A stretch of DNA of 64,000 nucleotides. It comes from Parasphingorhabdus sp. (lineage in GTDB: Bacteria; Pseudomonadota; Alphaproteobacteria; Sphingomonadales; Sphingomonadaceae). Shown here piece by piece: positions 29,237 through 39,294 of the stretch. A model generated the notes under the pieces. The model was not told the origin of the DNA and ran no database searches. It saw only the letters and a program-made list of their open reading frames with translations. Every line of letters starts with the position of its first letter. Positions within the stretch are counted from its first letter, which is position 1. A program made the position numbers and the translations under genes. Location: the NCBI RefSeq assembly GCF_039982395.1, contig NZ_JBDWYO010000001.1:928698-992697 (forward strand), given 5' to 3'.

Positions 29237-30610
29237 TCAGAAACTCATTTCGTCATAGATCTTGCTGACATCGCCATTCCATTCGCCATGATAGCGGTCA
29301 AGCAATTGTGCTGCTGGCGATTTGCCTTTGGCAACCACCTCGCGCAGCGGATCGAGGAAACCACTTTCGTTGTCGCCGCTGACGTTCAGACGGTTGCGCG
29401 CCGTCAGACCGGCAGAGGATATCTCCAGAATTTCGGCAGCGAGATCGTTTAATTTTTCGCCATTGGGAATGGGCGTATCGAGCCCGAGTGCAGGAACGGC
29501 ATTGCGCAACTCTTCGCGCTCTTCCATGCTCCAGCCCTTCACCCTATCCCAGGCAGCGTCCAGCGCCGTCTGATCATAGAGCAGGCCGACCCAGAAAGCG
29601 GGTAGCGCGCAAATGCGGTTCCACGGACCGCCATCGGCACCGCGCATTTCGAGGAAGCTTTTCAGGCGCACTTCCGGGAAAGCGGTGGAAAGATGGTCGT
29701 TCCAGTCCGAAAGGGTTGGCTTTTCGCCCGGCAGCACCGACAGATTGCCGTCGAGAAAATCCCGGAAGCTTAGGCCTGCGGCGTCGATATATTTGCCATC
29801 GCGGAATATAAAATACATCGGCACGTCGAGCATATATTCGGCATAGCGCTGATATCCGAAATCCTCGTCAAACACGAAGGGCAGCATACCGGTGCGATGC
29901 GGATCGGTGTCGGACCAAATATGGCTGCGAAAGCTCTGATAGCCGTTGGGCTTGTTCTCGGTGAAAGGCGAATTGGCGAATAAGGCGGTGGCAAGCGGTT
30001 GCAACGCCAGTCCGACCCGGAATTTCTGCGCCATATCGGCTTCATTGGCATAGTCGAGATTGACTTGAATGGTGCAGGTCCGCAGCATCATGTCGAGCCC
30101 GAGCGTGCCAACCCGCGGCATATGATTCTTCATGATCTTGTAGCGGCCCTTGGGCATGGTCGGCAATTCGGCGCGGGTCTTGTCGGGCCACATGCCCATG
30201 CCAAGAAACCCTTTGCCGGTCTTTTCGCCAATTGCCTTCACCTGCTGCAAATGGCGTCCGGTTTCGTTGCACGTCTCGTGCAGATTTTCGAGCGGCGCGC
30301 CGGACAGTTCCAGCTGGCCTGCGGGTTCCAGACTGATCGCGCCATCGGAACCGGTCATGGCAATGACATTGCCATTTTCGTGGACGGGTTCCCAGCCAAA
30401 CTCCTGGGTGGCGAGCAGCAGATCTTTTATGCCACCCGGTTCGTCATAGCTCGGGGCATGATGGTCAGTGGTGCAATAGACAAATTTCTCATGCTCGGTA
30501 CCGATCCGCCAGCTATCCTTGGGCTTTTCGCCCTTGACCATTGGTTCGACCAATTGGCTAAGATTCTCGATCACGGGATCGTCGGTGCTGGAAACCTGTC
30601 TGGTGCTCAT
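29237..30610 (-). CDS. gshA: glutamate-cysteine ligase, plant/alphaproteobacterial type
   Basis: ORF track, 457 aa, with RIGTEHEKF and a length typical of the GCS2/plant-type enzyme. Confidence 0.85.
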   Translation of the reverse strand: MSTRQVSSTDDPVIENLSQLVEPMVKGEKPKDSWRIGTEHEKFVYCTTDHHAPSYDEPGGIKDLLLATQEFGWEPVHENGNVIAMTGSDGAISLEPAGQLELSGAPLENLHETCNETGRHLQQVKAIGEKTGKGFLGMGMWPDKTRAELPTMPKGRYKIMKNHMPRVGTLGLDMMLRTCTIQVNLDYANEADMAQKFRVGLALQPLATALFANSPFTENKPNGYQSFRSHIWSDTDPHRTGMLPFVFDEDFGYQRYAEYMLDVPMYFIFRDGKYIDAAGLSFRDFLDGNLSVLPGEKPTLSDWNDHLSTAFPEVRLKSFLEMRGADGGPWNRICALPAFWVGLLYDQTALDAAWDRVKGWSMEEREELRNAVPALGLDTPIPNGEKLNDLAAEILEISSAGLTARNRLNVSGDNESGFLDPLREVVAKGKSPAAQLLDRYHGEWNGDVSKIYDEMSF

Positions 30611-30684
30611 GATCCGGCCTTAAGAAAAGATCAGCGGCGGTGCCACTGAAAAAATGCTGTTCCGCTGAAAGCTTTTATTGTTTG

Positions 30685-31266
30685 TCATAACAGCCAGCGG
30701 ACCGCTGCAAAACCACCGATGAACAGGATGCCGCCAACCGTTGTGGCCAGCGCAAAATTCTTGTCGATCCAGTCTTTCATCGGTGGTCCGAAATAGCGCA
30801 GCAGGACGGCGACCAGAAAAAAGCGCGCGGCCCGGGCGATAATTGCGGCACCGATCAATATATACAGAGGCATTGCAGTGCTGCCTGCGGCGATGGTGAT
30901 CACTTTGAACGGCAGCGGCGTGAAGCCGGCAAGCAGAACGACAATCCATCCCTGTTCATTAAAATTCTGTGCAAAAACATCGAATTTATCGGTGACCCCG
31001 TAAAATTCGAGGATCGGCATGCCGACGGTTTCAAAGACAAAATAGCCAATGGCATAGCCGAGCAGTGACCCGAGTACCGATGCGATGGTGCAGATTAGAG
31101 CATACCAATAAGAGCGCTTTGGCTTTGCCAGACACATGGGGGCCAGCATGACATCGGGCGGGATCGGGAAGAAGCTGGATTCAGCAAAGCTTATCCCCGC
31201 AAGCCATTTGGTCGCTTGCGGATGGCCCGCCTTGTCGAGCATCCACTCGTAGAGTCGCTTAAGCAT
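30685..31266 (-). CDS. YqaA/DedA-related membrane protein
   Basis: ORF track, 193 aa. The N-terminal LAGISFAESSFFPIPPDVMLAPM is typical of the YqaA family. Confidence 0.7.
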   Translation of the reverse strand: MLKRLYEWMLDKAGHPQATKWLAGISFAESSFFPIPPDVMLAPMCLAKPKRSYWYALICTIASVLGSLLGYAIGYFVFETVGMPILEFYGVTDKFDVFAQNFNEQGWIVVLLAGFTPLPFKVITIAAGSTAMPLYILIGAAIIARAARFFLVAVLLRYFGPPMKDWIDKNFALATTVGGILFIGGFAAVRWLL

Positions 31267-31278
31267 GTCTGATGTACC

Positions 31279-32850
31279 TCAAGCGCTGCTGTCGTCTTCT
31301 AGCAATTCCTTAGGCGTTTCCCGGCCATGGTCGGTGCCGGCGGATCGATTGCCCTTGGCGAGAGCGAAGACCACGCCGGACAGCGCCAGCAAGGCAATGA
31401 TGTTTGGGAGGGTCATCGCCGCATTGGAGATGTCTCCGAGACGCCAGACCAGCTGCAACGGCGCGAAGGAACCGATGAAGATGACCACACACCAAAGGAT
31501 CCGCCAGATCATGTGCAGGGTTTTCTCGCCCTTCAAACTGGACCCTGGCAGACGGTCGTACAGATAGGTGATCGCCCGTTCGCCATAATAGCTCCAGGTG
31601 AGCAAAGTGGTGAAGACGAACAGGATCAGCGCGATCGATACGATCAAAGTACCGATCGGAACGCCAAAGACCATAAACGGAAAGGCTGCGGCATAGGCGC
31701 CGGATGTCATGGCAAAACCCTGCAAGTCAGATTGCCACGCATGTTCAACAACCTGTTTGACGCCATTGGCATCGGTGAAGGTGAAATCGCCGGCGACGGT
31801 CAGCATGACCAATGCGGTCATCGTACAAATAACCACCGTGTCGATAAAGGTGCCCATCATCGCAAAGCGGCCCTGTGCCGCCGGATCATTGGTTTGCGCG
31901 ACCGCATGAGCGATTGGCGTCGAACCCTGTCCCGCTTCGTTGGAGAACAATCCGCGCGCAACACCCGCCCGGATGGCCATGATGATCGCGGCCCCGAGGA
32001 AGCCACCGCTTGCCGATTGGACGTTAAACGCTCCATCGAAAATACGGCCGAAGGTTTCAGGCAGATAAGGCAGGTTGATCAACAAAGCGATCATCGCCAT
32101 CAACAGATAGGCGCCTGCCATCCAAGGGACGATGGTTTCTGCAACCTTGCCGATGGATTTAATGCCGCCGATAATAACCGCAAACACAGCCACTGCAGCA
32201 ACCGCTCCGCCAATCCATTCCGGCACGCCGAACAGCTCGCTGGCGCTGTCGCCGAGGCTGTTGGCCTGAATACCATTGCCCGTAACCAGGGCTGAAAACA
32301 GGGTGCCGAGACAGAATAGGATCGCAAGCCATGTCCATTTGGGGCCAAGGCCGATGGCAATATAAGTCATCGGGCCACCACGATAGGTACCGTCGGCAGA
32401 TTGAGAGCGAAAGCGCACGGCCAGTGAACCTTCTGCAAAAGCAAGGGCCATGCCGAACAGGGCCGTTACCCACATCCAGAAAATCGCACCGGGTCCGCCC
32501 AGCGTGATCGCCGTGGCGACCCCCGCAAGATTGCCGGTGCCCACTTGGCCAGACAATGCAGTGGAGAGCGCTGCGAAGGGAGATATCTCACCCGCGCCTT
32601 TTTTATCAGATTTCTTGAACAACCCTGCCAGTGCCGGGAAAAGGCGCCGCAATGGATAGCCGCGCAAGCCGATCATGAAATAGATACCGGCACCCAATAG
32701 GATGACAACCATCGGTGGAATCGGGAGTATTTCTACTCCGTCCCAGCTTCCGCCCCAGATAAAATCCGACACGTTGGTGATCGGCTGGATCGCCGCTTCG
32801 AGACCTGAAACAGGTGCTGCACTCACAAAACTTCTCCCCGATGGCGCCAT
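31279..32850 (-). CDS. alanine/glycine:cation symporter (AGCS family)
   Basis: ORF track frame 31279-32904, with GGPGAIFWMW and a polytopic topology. The start is uncertain. I chose the ATG at 32850 (MAPSGRS) because AGCS N-termini are short. Confidence 0.85.
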   Translation of the reverse strand: MAPSGRSFVSAAPVSGLEAAIQPITNVSDFIWGGSWDGVEILPIPPMVVILLGAGIYFMIGLRGYPLRRLFPALAGLFKKSDKKGAGEISPFAALSTALSGQVGTGNLAGVATAITLGGPGAIFWMWVTALFGMALAFAEGSLAVRFRSQSADGTYRGGPMTYIAIGLGPKWTWLAILFCLGTLFSALVTGNGIQANSLGDSASELFGVPEWIGGAVAAVAVFAVIIGGIKSIGKVAETIVPWMAGAYLLMAMIALLINLPYLPETFGRIFDGAFNVQSASGGFLGAAIIMAIRAGVARGLFSNEAGQGSTPIAHAVAQTNDPAAQGRFAMMGTFIDTVVICTMTALVMLTVAGDFTFTDANGVKQVVEHAWQSDLQGFAMTSGAYAAAFPFMVFGVPIGTLIVSIALILFVFTTLLTWSYYGERAITYLYDRLPGSSLKGEKTLHMIWRILWCVVIFIGSFAPLQLVWRLGDISNAAMTLPNIIALLALSGVVFALAKGNRSAGTDHGRETPKELLEDDSSA

Positions 32851-32970
32851 GGGCGCATATTCTTTCCCGTGTGGCTGGATTAGCAGGCGGACGGTTTTTG
32901 GCAAATGCTTTTGCCATCTGGAAGCTAGCCCCTATGCTGGGTGCGAACCGGAAAATCGGATGGAGTCAGA

Positions 32971-34041
32971 ATGATGCAGAGCCTGTGGGTAAAAAAAGAC
33001 GATCTTGTGCAATCAGAGTGGCATGACAGTGACGTGCCGGTTTTGGCTGACGGGCAGATTCTACTCGCGGTCGAAAAATATGCGCTGACGGCCAATAATA
33101 TTACCTATGCAGCGGTCGGTGATGGCTTCGGCTATTGGAACTTTTTCCCAACCGGCGATAACGAATGGGGAATTGTTCCGGTCTGGGGTTTCGCCAATGT
33201 CGTTGCGTCTGAAAATGCGGATATTGCGGTAGGCGAACGGGTTTACGGCTATTTGCCGATGGCTAGCCATTTGCTCGTCACGCCAACCAATGTGCAAGAG
33301 GGTGGCTTCGTGGACGGGGCTGCACACCGGCAGGGACTGGCTATCATCTACAATCAATATCACCGGTTGGGACAAGAGGAGAGCCCGCTTGAAGCAGAGC
33401 GCGCCATTTTCCAGCCTTTGTTCACCACCAGCTTCCTGATCGAAAATTTCATGCGGTCGAATGACTGGTTCGGTGCCGAAGCGTTGCTGATGACCAGCGC
33501 GTCATCGAAAACCGCGCTGGGTCTGGCGATGGTGACGAAAAACCTGAGCCCGACAATCAAGCGCATTGGTCTGACGTCAGCGGGCAACAAGAGTTTTGTC
33601 GAGCAATCCGGGCTTTATGACGAGGTTCTGACCTATGATGCGCTCTCGGCTGCTGATGCCGCTAAGCCCACAGTCTCTGTCGACTTTGCGGGCAATGGTC
33701 AGTTGCTGGACTCTATTCACAAGCAATATGGGGCTGCGCTCAAATTCAGCTCGTTGGTTGGCGTGACCCATATTTCCGAGCGCGGGGGTGCGGATAATAT
33801 ACCGGGTCCGAAGCCGGAAATGTTCTTTGCACCGACCGCAGCCGAAACTCTGATGAAGGAAATTGGGCCGGCAGCGTTTCGGGCCCAGGTTGATGACCAA
33901 TTTTCTGCCTTCGTGGCCGGTGCCACCGCTTATCTGCAGATCGAAAGACTGGATGGCTTAGAAGCCCTGAAATCCGCATATCTCGCGATGTTGGCGAATG
34001 AAGTTGCGCCCAGTCGCGGGCTGATGTGCCATTTGGGTTGA
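32971..34041 (+). CDS. DUF2855-like protein (MDR/zinc-free dehydrogenase-like fold, function unknown)
   Basis: ORF track frame 32941-34041. The ATG at 32971 gives MMQSLWVKKDDL. The motif LTANNITYAAVGDGFGYWNFFP matches my memory of DUF2855. Confidence 0.55.
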   Translation: MMQSLWVKKDDLVQSEWHDSDVPVLADGQILLAVEKYALTANNITYAAVGDGFGYWNFFPTGDNEWGIVPVWGFANVVASENADIAVGERVYGYLPMASHLLVTPTNVQEGGFVDGAAHRQGLAIIYNQYHRLGQEESPLEAERAIFQPLFTTSFLIENFMRSNDWFGAEALLMTSASSKTALGLAMVTKNLSPTIKRIGLTSAGNKSFVEQSGLYDEVLTYDALSAADAAKPTVSVDFAGNGQLLDSIHKQYGAALKFSSLVGVTHISERGGADNIPGPKPEMFFAPTAAETLMKEIGPAAFRAQVDDQFSAFVAGATAYLQIERLDGLEALKSAYLAMLANEVAPSRGLMCHLG

Positions 34042-34115
34042 TGCCAAAGACTTGATTATAGGACGATTTAACCGGATAACGGCGCAATGCGGGTCGCACC
34101 GACGGGGAAAATAGC

Positions 34116-35909
34116 GTGGCTGAATCAGAAGAAATGCCGGAATTGGGCAGACACGCCCTTTTTGATGGAGTGGCCCCGAAAGCGCTGAACGCATTGCAAG
34201 CGGCTTCGGTTCTGCGTCCGATTTCGGGCGGAGAAGCCCTTGTTCGCCAAGGCGATGATGCCGACGCGCTCTATTTTGTCGAATCTGGCCGGTTCCGGGT
34301 GGTCGTCAACAAAGTGCGCACCGTTGCCCATATCGAAACCGGAGAAGCCGTCGGGGAACTCGCCTTTTTCGCAGGAGGCAAGCGCACCGCGGATGTTTTT
34401 GCGACGCGCGACTCCATGGTCCGGAAAGTATCGCGGAAGGCGTTTGATGAAATCGCTGAACAGCATCCCGAACTAAATGCGGCGATGGTGAAAATGGTGT
34501 CGCAGCGCTTGGCTGTTGCGACAGCGCGGACCGCGTCCATATCATCAAATAATCCACGCGTGATAGCGATGCTGCCCGCCGGAAACAGCAAGTTGCCGGA
34601 TGGGTTTCTGGCGCGACTGGCAGACGCCTTCGAAGCCCTGGTCGGCGGTGACACGCCAGTGGTGCCGCTTGACCGAGCGACGAGCGAGTCAGCGGATGCC
34701 GGTCAATATCAGACCTGGTTGGCGGAACAGGAAGCCAAGGGCGCCTATGTCCTGATTGATGGCAGTGGATCCGAGGACTGGGGGCAAATGGTCTGCCGGA
34801 ATGCCGATGCATTGTTGATGGTGGCCCGACCCGGGCAGACTGATCCGGAGCCCAATGCGATGGAAATGTCGGCCATGCGCTGGATCGCAGAACCGCAGCG
34901 GACGTTGCTTCTATTGCGCACGAGCGCCGATAAATTGATTAGCAAAAGCAGCGAATGGATTGACCCGCGCAGCCCTAAATTGCACCATCATGTCGCGCTC
35001 GACAATGACGCAGATTTTAGCAAGGTCGCGCGATTCCTGACGGGTCGTGCTGTGGGCGTGGTCCTGGCCGGAGGCGGCGCCCTGGGTTGCGCGCATCTTG
35101 GTGTCATCCAGGCACTGCGGCAGGCCGATGTTCCGATTGATTTCATTGGCGGGGCGAGCGCCGGAGCCGCAATGGGCGGCGCCATCGCGCGTGGCATGTC
35201 GGTCGACGAAACGCTCGATCAAATGGAAGCGATGTTCATTCATGCCAAGGCGATGAAACGACTGACCTTGCCAATTTTTTCACTGCTCGACCCTACGGTA
35301 TTCGATAGCGAATTGAGAACCCGTTACGGCACCAAGGATATCGCCGATCAGCCGATCAATTTCTTTGGCGTTTCTACCAATCTCTCGACCAATGGCTTGC
35401 ATGTCCATCGGCGTGGGCCATTGTGGGAATGCGTTCGTGCGTCGGGATCCTTGCCGACCATATTGCCGCCGTTCATTGATAAGGAGGGGAATATTCTTGT
35501 CGACGGCGGGGTGCTGGACAATGTCCCGGTGAAGATCATGCATGGGCTTAAGGCTGGCCCGAATGTTGTCGTGTCGCTGGGGGACCCGCATGAAATATGG
35601 CGCACAGAGGCTCTGTACAATGATGTTCGCGGACGTTGGAGTTTGCTGCGAGACGTCATTTTCCGCCGGAAACGCAAAGTGGAATTCCCGTCTATTGTAG
35701 AGATTATGTCGCGGTCGATGGTGGTGGCCAGCCGGATGGCTTCCAAAGAAATGCTGGGCGAGCAGGACATATTGGTGAATCCGCCGATCATTCCGAACAT
35801 GCAGATATTGGACTGGCATCACGGCCGGAAACTAGCGGAAATGGCGGCAGAATATATCACCGAACATGTGCTTCCGACCAGCGATTTCACGGATAATTTT
35901 ACCAAATAG
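34116..35909 (+). CDS. cyclic-nucleotide-binding domain plus patatin-like phospholipase protein
   Basis: ORF track, 597 aa. It has an N-terminal CAP_ED-like domain (GEAVGELAFFAGGKRTADVFA), then patatin motifs GGGALGCAHLG, GASAG and DGGVLDN. Confidence 0.85.
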   Translation: MAESEEMPELGRHALFDGVAPKALNALQAASVLRPISGGEALVRQGDDADALYFVESGRFRVVVNKVRTVAHIETGEAVGELAFFAGGKRTADVFATRDSMVRKVSRKAFDEIAEQHPELNAAMVKMVSQRLAVATARTASISSNNPRVIAMLPAGNSKLPDGFLARLADAFEALVGGDTPVVPLDRATSESADAGQYQTWLAEQEAKGAYVLIDGSGSEDWGQMVCRNADALLMVARPGQTDPEPNAMEMSAMRWIAEPQRTLLLLRTSADKLISKSSEWIDPRSPKLHHHVALDNDADFSKVARFLTGRAVGVVLAGGGALGCAHLGVIQALRQADVPIDFIGGASAGAAMGGAIARGMSVDETLDQMEAMFIHAKAMKRLTLPIFSLLDPTVFDSELRTRYGTKDIADQPINFFGVSTNLSTNGLHVHRRGPLWECVRASGSLPTILPPFIDKEGNILVDGGVLDNVPVKIMHGLKAGPNVVVSLGDPHEIWRTEALYNDVRGRWSLLRDVIFRRKRKVEFPSIVEIMSRSMVVASRMASKEMLGEQDILVNPPIIPNMQILDWHHGRKLAEMAAEYITEHVLPTSDFTDNFTK

Positions 35910-35920
35910 GTTATAATTTC

Positions 35921-35949
35921 TTGACATCGTCACGCTAGTTAGGTACATA
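35921..35949 (+). promoter_or_regulatory. candidate sigma-70-type promoter upstream of the GTA cluster
   Basis: TTGACA (35921-35926), a 17-nt spacer, then TACATA (35944-35949). This rests on a sequence match only. Confidence 0.25.
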
Positions 35950-36012
35950 TCAGGAACATCGCGAAATTGTGATTCGGGCCGACCAGCTCAGAATGATCCC
36001 ACTGACCAAGCG

Positions 36013-36039
36013 GGCCGTTCTGACCGGAAGGCCTTTTTT
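36013..36039 (+). terminator. intrinsic terminator-like hairpin plus T6 in the gap between the patatin gene and the first GTA gene
   Basis: The hairpin is GGCC(G)TTCT-GACC-GGAAGGCC (36013-36033: 8 bp, one bulge, one G-U), followed by TTTTTT at 36034-36039. Confidence 0.45.
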
Positions 36040-36079
36040 GTGCTCGGGTCGTTCGCGTCGATCCGGCACGGAGTATCTT

Positions 36080-36568
36080 ATGCCAAAATCAAAAACCCAG
36101 GGATGTTATGACGACAGACGCAAATTGAAATTTTTGAAATTTCTCAGCATTAGCTCGCACGTGGCTGCTTCGGCCAAAGCCGCCAATATTTCGGTTTCCA
36201 CCGTCTATCTTTGGCGCAGTCGCGACCCGGAATTTTATGACTATTGGATGCGGGCTTTGGCCGCTGGCTATGAACTGCTCGAAATGGAATTGCTCGACCG
36301 CGCCCGCAACGGCGCGGAGAAACATATTTTCGAAAATGGTGAAAAAGTGGCGACTGTGCGGGAGTATAATGATGGCCTCGCCGTCAAATTGTTATTGGCC
36401 CACAAACAGATGGTGGCACTGACCCGCGTGGAAGAGGACAATATCAGTCCAGCGCAAGTGGGCGCCGAGCTCGATCGGAAACTGGGGGATATGCGGACCA
36501 AGCTGCTCCGCCGGCGGGCGCTTGCCGAAGCCCGGGCAAAGCCTGCACCGTCTGCCAATGATGAATGA
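36080..36568 (+). CDS. HTH protein in the small-terminase position (g1-like)
   Basis: ORF track frame 35969-36568. The ATG at 36080 (MPKSKTQGCYDD) lies downstream of the hairpin/T6. The HTH reads ISVSTVYLWRSRD. It overlaps the TerL start. Confidence 0.55.
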   Translation: MPKSKTQGCYDDRRKLKFLKFLSISSHVAASAKAANISVSTVYLWRSRDPEFYDYWMRALAAGYELLEMELLDRARNGAEKHIFENGEKVATVREYNDGLAVKLLLAHKQMVALTRVEEDNISPAQVGAELDRKLGDMRTKLLRRRALAEARAKPAPSANDE

Positions 36569-37874
36569 TAAAACCGAGGCAGAAATTTTTGCCGAATGGA
36601 CTGCAATGGAGCGCCGTATTTTTCTGTCCCGTCTGAGCGAACGGGAGAAACAGGACTTTCTATACCGGTGGGATTTCTGGGCGCGGCCTGAGCAAAGACC
36701 ACCACCAGGTGACTGGCCCATCTGGCTGATCATGGCGGGTCGGGGCTTTGGCAAGACCCGGGCCGGAGCGGAATGGGTGCGCCATATTGCCGAAGCTGAC
36801 GCTGGCGCCCGCTTTGCTCTGGTCGGGGCCAACTATGCGGAAACCCGCACGGTGATGGTCGAAGGGGAAAGCGGTCTGTTGTCGATTGCGCTGCCAGACC
36901 AGCGCCCGGTTTGGGAGCCGTCATTGAAGAGACTGACATGGGGCAACGGGGCACAGGCCCATCTCTATTCGGCGGCAGAGCCTGAAGCCTTGCGAGGTCC
37001 GCAGCATAGTCATGCCTGGTGTGACGAGATTGCCAAATGGATGAACAACGCAGGGCAAGCAGAAGCGGCTTGGGACAATCTGAAAATGGGTTTGCGACTT
37101 GGATATCGGCCACAAATGGTCGCGACCACAACGCCGCGACCGGTGCCGCTGGTGCGAGCACTGACCAGCGAGGGAGTGGCAGTGATCACTTCGGGTCGGA
37201 CCCAGGACAATGACCTGCATCTGCCGCAAGCCTTTCTGACGGCCATGGCAGCGGATTATGGTGGCACGAGGCTGGGGCGACAGGAGCTGGATGGCGAGCT
37301 GATCGAGGAATTGGAGGGCGCCTTGTGGTCGCGGGCAATGATTGAAAACTGCCGGATGGCGTATGCGCCTGATCTTGTCCGGATCGTCATCGGTGTCGAT
37401 CCGCCTGCGTCCAAAAACGGAGATGCTTGCGGTATCATTGTCGCTGGGCTCGCCGTGGACAGCAAAAGCTATGTGCTGGCGGACTATAGTGTTGAAAAGC
37501 CGAGCCCCGAAACATGGGCGCGCAGAGTGGCTGATGCTGCTGAGCGCTTCAACGCGGATCGCGTCATCGCGGAAGCCAATCAGGGCGGTGCGATGGTGAA
37601 ATCGGTGCTTCTCGCGGCGAATATCTCGTTGCCGATCAAGCTGGTCCATGCCTCGCGCGGCAAGGTGGCGCGGGCAGAACCGGTGGCGGCTCTATACGAG
37701 AATGATCGGGTGCATCATGTCGGCGCGTTTGAGCGTCTCGAAGACGAGATGTGCGGATTGCTGATTGGCGGACGTTATGAAGGACCAGGAAGATCACCGG
37801 ACCGGGCGGATGCTCTGGTTTGGGCGCTGACGGAGTTGATGTTGGGCAAAAAGCAAGAACCGAGGGTAAGATAG
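36558..37874 (+). CDS. terminase large subunit (GTA g2-like)
   Basis: ORF track frame 36522-37874. The motifs DFLYRWDFWARPEQ and WLIMAGRGFGKTRAGAEW (Walker A-like) are typical of GTA TerL. Confidence 0.85.
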   Translation: MMNDKTEAEIFAEWTAMERRIFLSRLSEREKQDFLYRWDFWARPEQRPPPGDWPIWLIMAGRGFGKTRAGAEWVRHIAEADAGARFALVGANYAETRTVMVEGESGLLSIALPDQRPVWEPSLKRLTWGNGAQAHLYSAAEPEALRGPQHSHAWCDEIAKWMNNAGQAEAAWDNLKMGLRLGYRPQMVATTTPRPVPLVRALTSEGVAVITSGRTQDNDLHLPQAFLTAMAADYGGTRLGRQELDGELIEELEGALWSRAMIENCRMAYAPDLVRIVIGVDPPASKNGDACGIIVAGLAVDSKSYVLADYSVEKPSPETWARRVADAAERFNADRVIAEANQGGAMVKSVLLAANISLPIKLVHASRGKVARAEPVAALYENDRVHHVGAFERLEDEMCGLLIGGRYEGPGRSPDRADALVWALTELMLGKKQEPRVR

Positions 37875-37912
37875 CAATGCCTCCGTCTTTGCTGCGGTAA
37901 AAAGGAAATAGG

Positions 37913-39049
37913 ATGACAATCTGGCAAAACCTCTCGCTCGCTTTCAAGAGCGGGAGTGGACCATCGCGGCCGCCGTTAGGGCGGTCCTATATCGGCACTT
38001 ATGGTGGCGCGGCTCTTTCGGGGGACGCGCCCTTTTCTTATGAGGGCCGGGTGCGCGAGGCCTATGTCGAAAATGCCATTGCCCAGCGGGCGGTGCGCAT
38101 TGTCGCCGAAGGGGTTGCTGGCGCGCCGCTGCTGCCGACAGAGGACAAGATCGCGGATCTGATTCAGGGGAGCGGCGCGAGCCAGTCGTTTTTGGAGACT
38201 ATCGCCGCGCATTTGTTACTGCATGGCAATGCCTATGTGCAGGTCATTCGCGGGGACGAGGATCAGCCCGCCGAGCTTTATGTGTTGCGCCCGGACAGGA
38301 TCACGGTTGAGCCCGATGCCAAGGGCTGGCCGGTGGCTTATGCCTATCGCGCCGGCGAACATCGCACGCGCTTTGCCGCGCAGGATGCGATGGGCCGTCC
38401 GGAGATTGTTCATCTCAAGGGCTTTCACCCGACCGATGACCATTATGGTCTCGGCTGTCTGGGCGCTGCGGTGAAAGCGGTGGCGGTCCACAATGCGGCG
38501 GCAAAATGGAACAAGGCGATCCTCGATAATGCGGCCCGGCCTTCGGGCGCTTTGGTCTATGATCCGGGTGCTGATGGATCGGCGTTGACCGGGGAGCAAT
38601 TTGACCGGCTGAAAGCCGAAATGGACGCAAGCTTTGCCGGATCGGGCAATGCCGGCCGGCCGATGCTACTGGAGGGTGGCCTCAAGTGGCAATCGATGAG
38701 CATGACCCCGGCGGACATGGATTTTGTCGCGCTAAAGGAAGCGGCGGCGCGGGAGATTGCGCTGGCTTTCGGTGTACCGCCGATGCTGCTCGGGCTGCCG
38801 GGCGACAATAGCTATGCCAATTATCGCGAGGCCAACCGCGCCTTGTGGCGGCTGACGATCCTGCCGCTGGCGGGGAAGATACTGGACGGACTGTCGGGCG
38901 CGCTGGCTGCGTGGTGGCCGGATGCGAAGCTGGCCGTGGATCGCGATCAGATCCCGGCCTTGTCGGAAGATCGCGAACGGCTGTGGAAGCAGGTGTGCGA
39001 AGCCGATTTTCTGACACCGGAGGAGAAGCGCGCGATGCTGGGGGTGTGA
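37913..39049 (+). CDS. HK97-family portal protein (g3-like)
   Basis: ORF track, 378 aa, with LLLHGNAYVQV and the position after TerL. Confidence 0.85.
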   Translation: MTIWQNLSLAFKSGSGPSRPPLGRSYIGTYGGAALSGDAPFSYEGRVREAYVENAIAQRAVRIVAEGVAGAPLLPTEDKIADLIQGSGASQSFLETIAAHLLLHGNAYVQVIRGDEDQPAELYVLRPDRITVEPDAKGWPVAYAYRAGEHRTRFAAQDAMGRPEIVHLKGFHPTDDHYGLGCLGAAVKAVAVHNAAAKWNKAILDNAARPSGALVYDPGADGSALTGEQFDRLKAEMDASFAGSGNAGRPMLLEGGLKWQSMSMTPADMDFVALKEAAAREIALAFGVPPMLLGLPGDNSYANYREANRALWRLTILPLAGKILDGLSGALAAWWPDAKLAVDRDQIPALSEDRERLWKQVCEADFLTPEEKRAMLGV

Positions 39050-39064
39050 GGGTTTTTTATAGAA

Positions 39065-39271
39065 CCTCAGGCGCCGGGCGGGCGCATCCGCGCCCTTGGC
39101 TATCGCGCCATAAGGCGCGGCGGCCGGTCGGCCTTGCCTCGCTGCGCTCGGTGATAAACTAACCACGATTGGGAGTGCCAAACCGACACGAAGCGGAGGC
39201 AAGCGCGACCGCGCGCCCGCAGCGTAGCGAGGATAGCCAAGCGGGCGGATGCCCGCGCCCGGCGCTTGAGG
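39065..39271. repeat. nested-palindromic GC-rich repeat element, copy A (MITE/REP-like)
   Basis: Imperfect terminal inverted repeats of about 40 bp: CCTCAGGCGCCGGGCGGGCGCATCCGCGCCCTTGGCTATC on the left and its near-complement on the right, ending CTTGAGG. There is an inner stem-loop core at 39134-39202. Positions 39065-39098 are the exact reverse complement of 43999-44032. Confidence 0.8.
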
Positions 39272-39294
39272 TTTAAAAAAGGAATCAATCAAAT

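Noticed and set aside
31327-32295. 322-aa plus-strand ORF
   Set aside because: It is antisense to the AGCS symporter gene. Its composition is biased (Arg/Gly/Asp/His) and it has no recognisable domain.
34116-35909. CBASS-like or other anti-phage defence system built around the patatin protein
   Set aside because: No cyclase/oligonucleotide synthase, SAVED, TIR, nuclease or other partner gene is adjacent. The sensor is an ordinary CAP-type cNMP domain. The architecture is common as a single housekeeping-type gene. I kept it only as a low-interest note on GTA adjacency.
35969-36079. N-terminal extensions offered by the ORF track for several genes (35969, 19651, 40888, 42745, 43005, 44688, 26377, 22362, 16125-17711, 57350-58165)
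   Set aside because: The extensions overlap upstream genes or terminator structures and lack homology-like sequence. Internal ATG/GTG starts with Shine-Dalgarno motifs or stop/start overlaps give N-termini typical of the families.
38732-39292. ORFs crossing the portal/DUF6127 gap (38732-39292 minus, 38845-39162 plus, 39100-39288 minus)
   Set aside because: They are created by the GC-rich palindromic repeat copy A. Because the element is self-complementary, both strands stay open. The translations are Arg/Ala/Pro low-complexity sequence.
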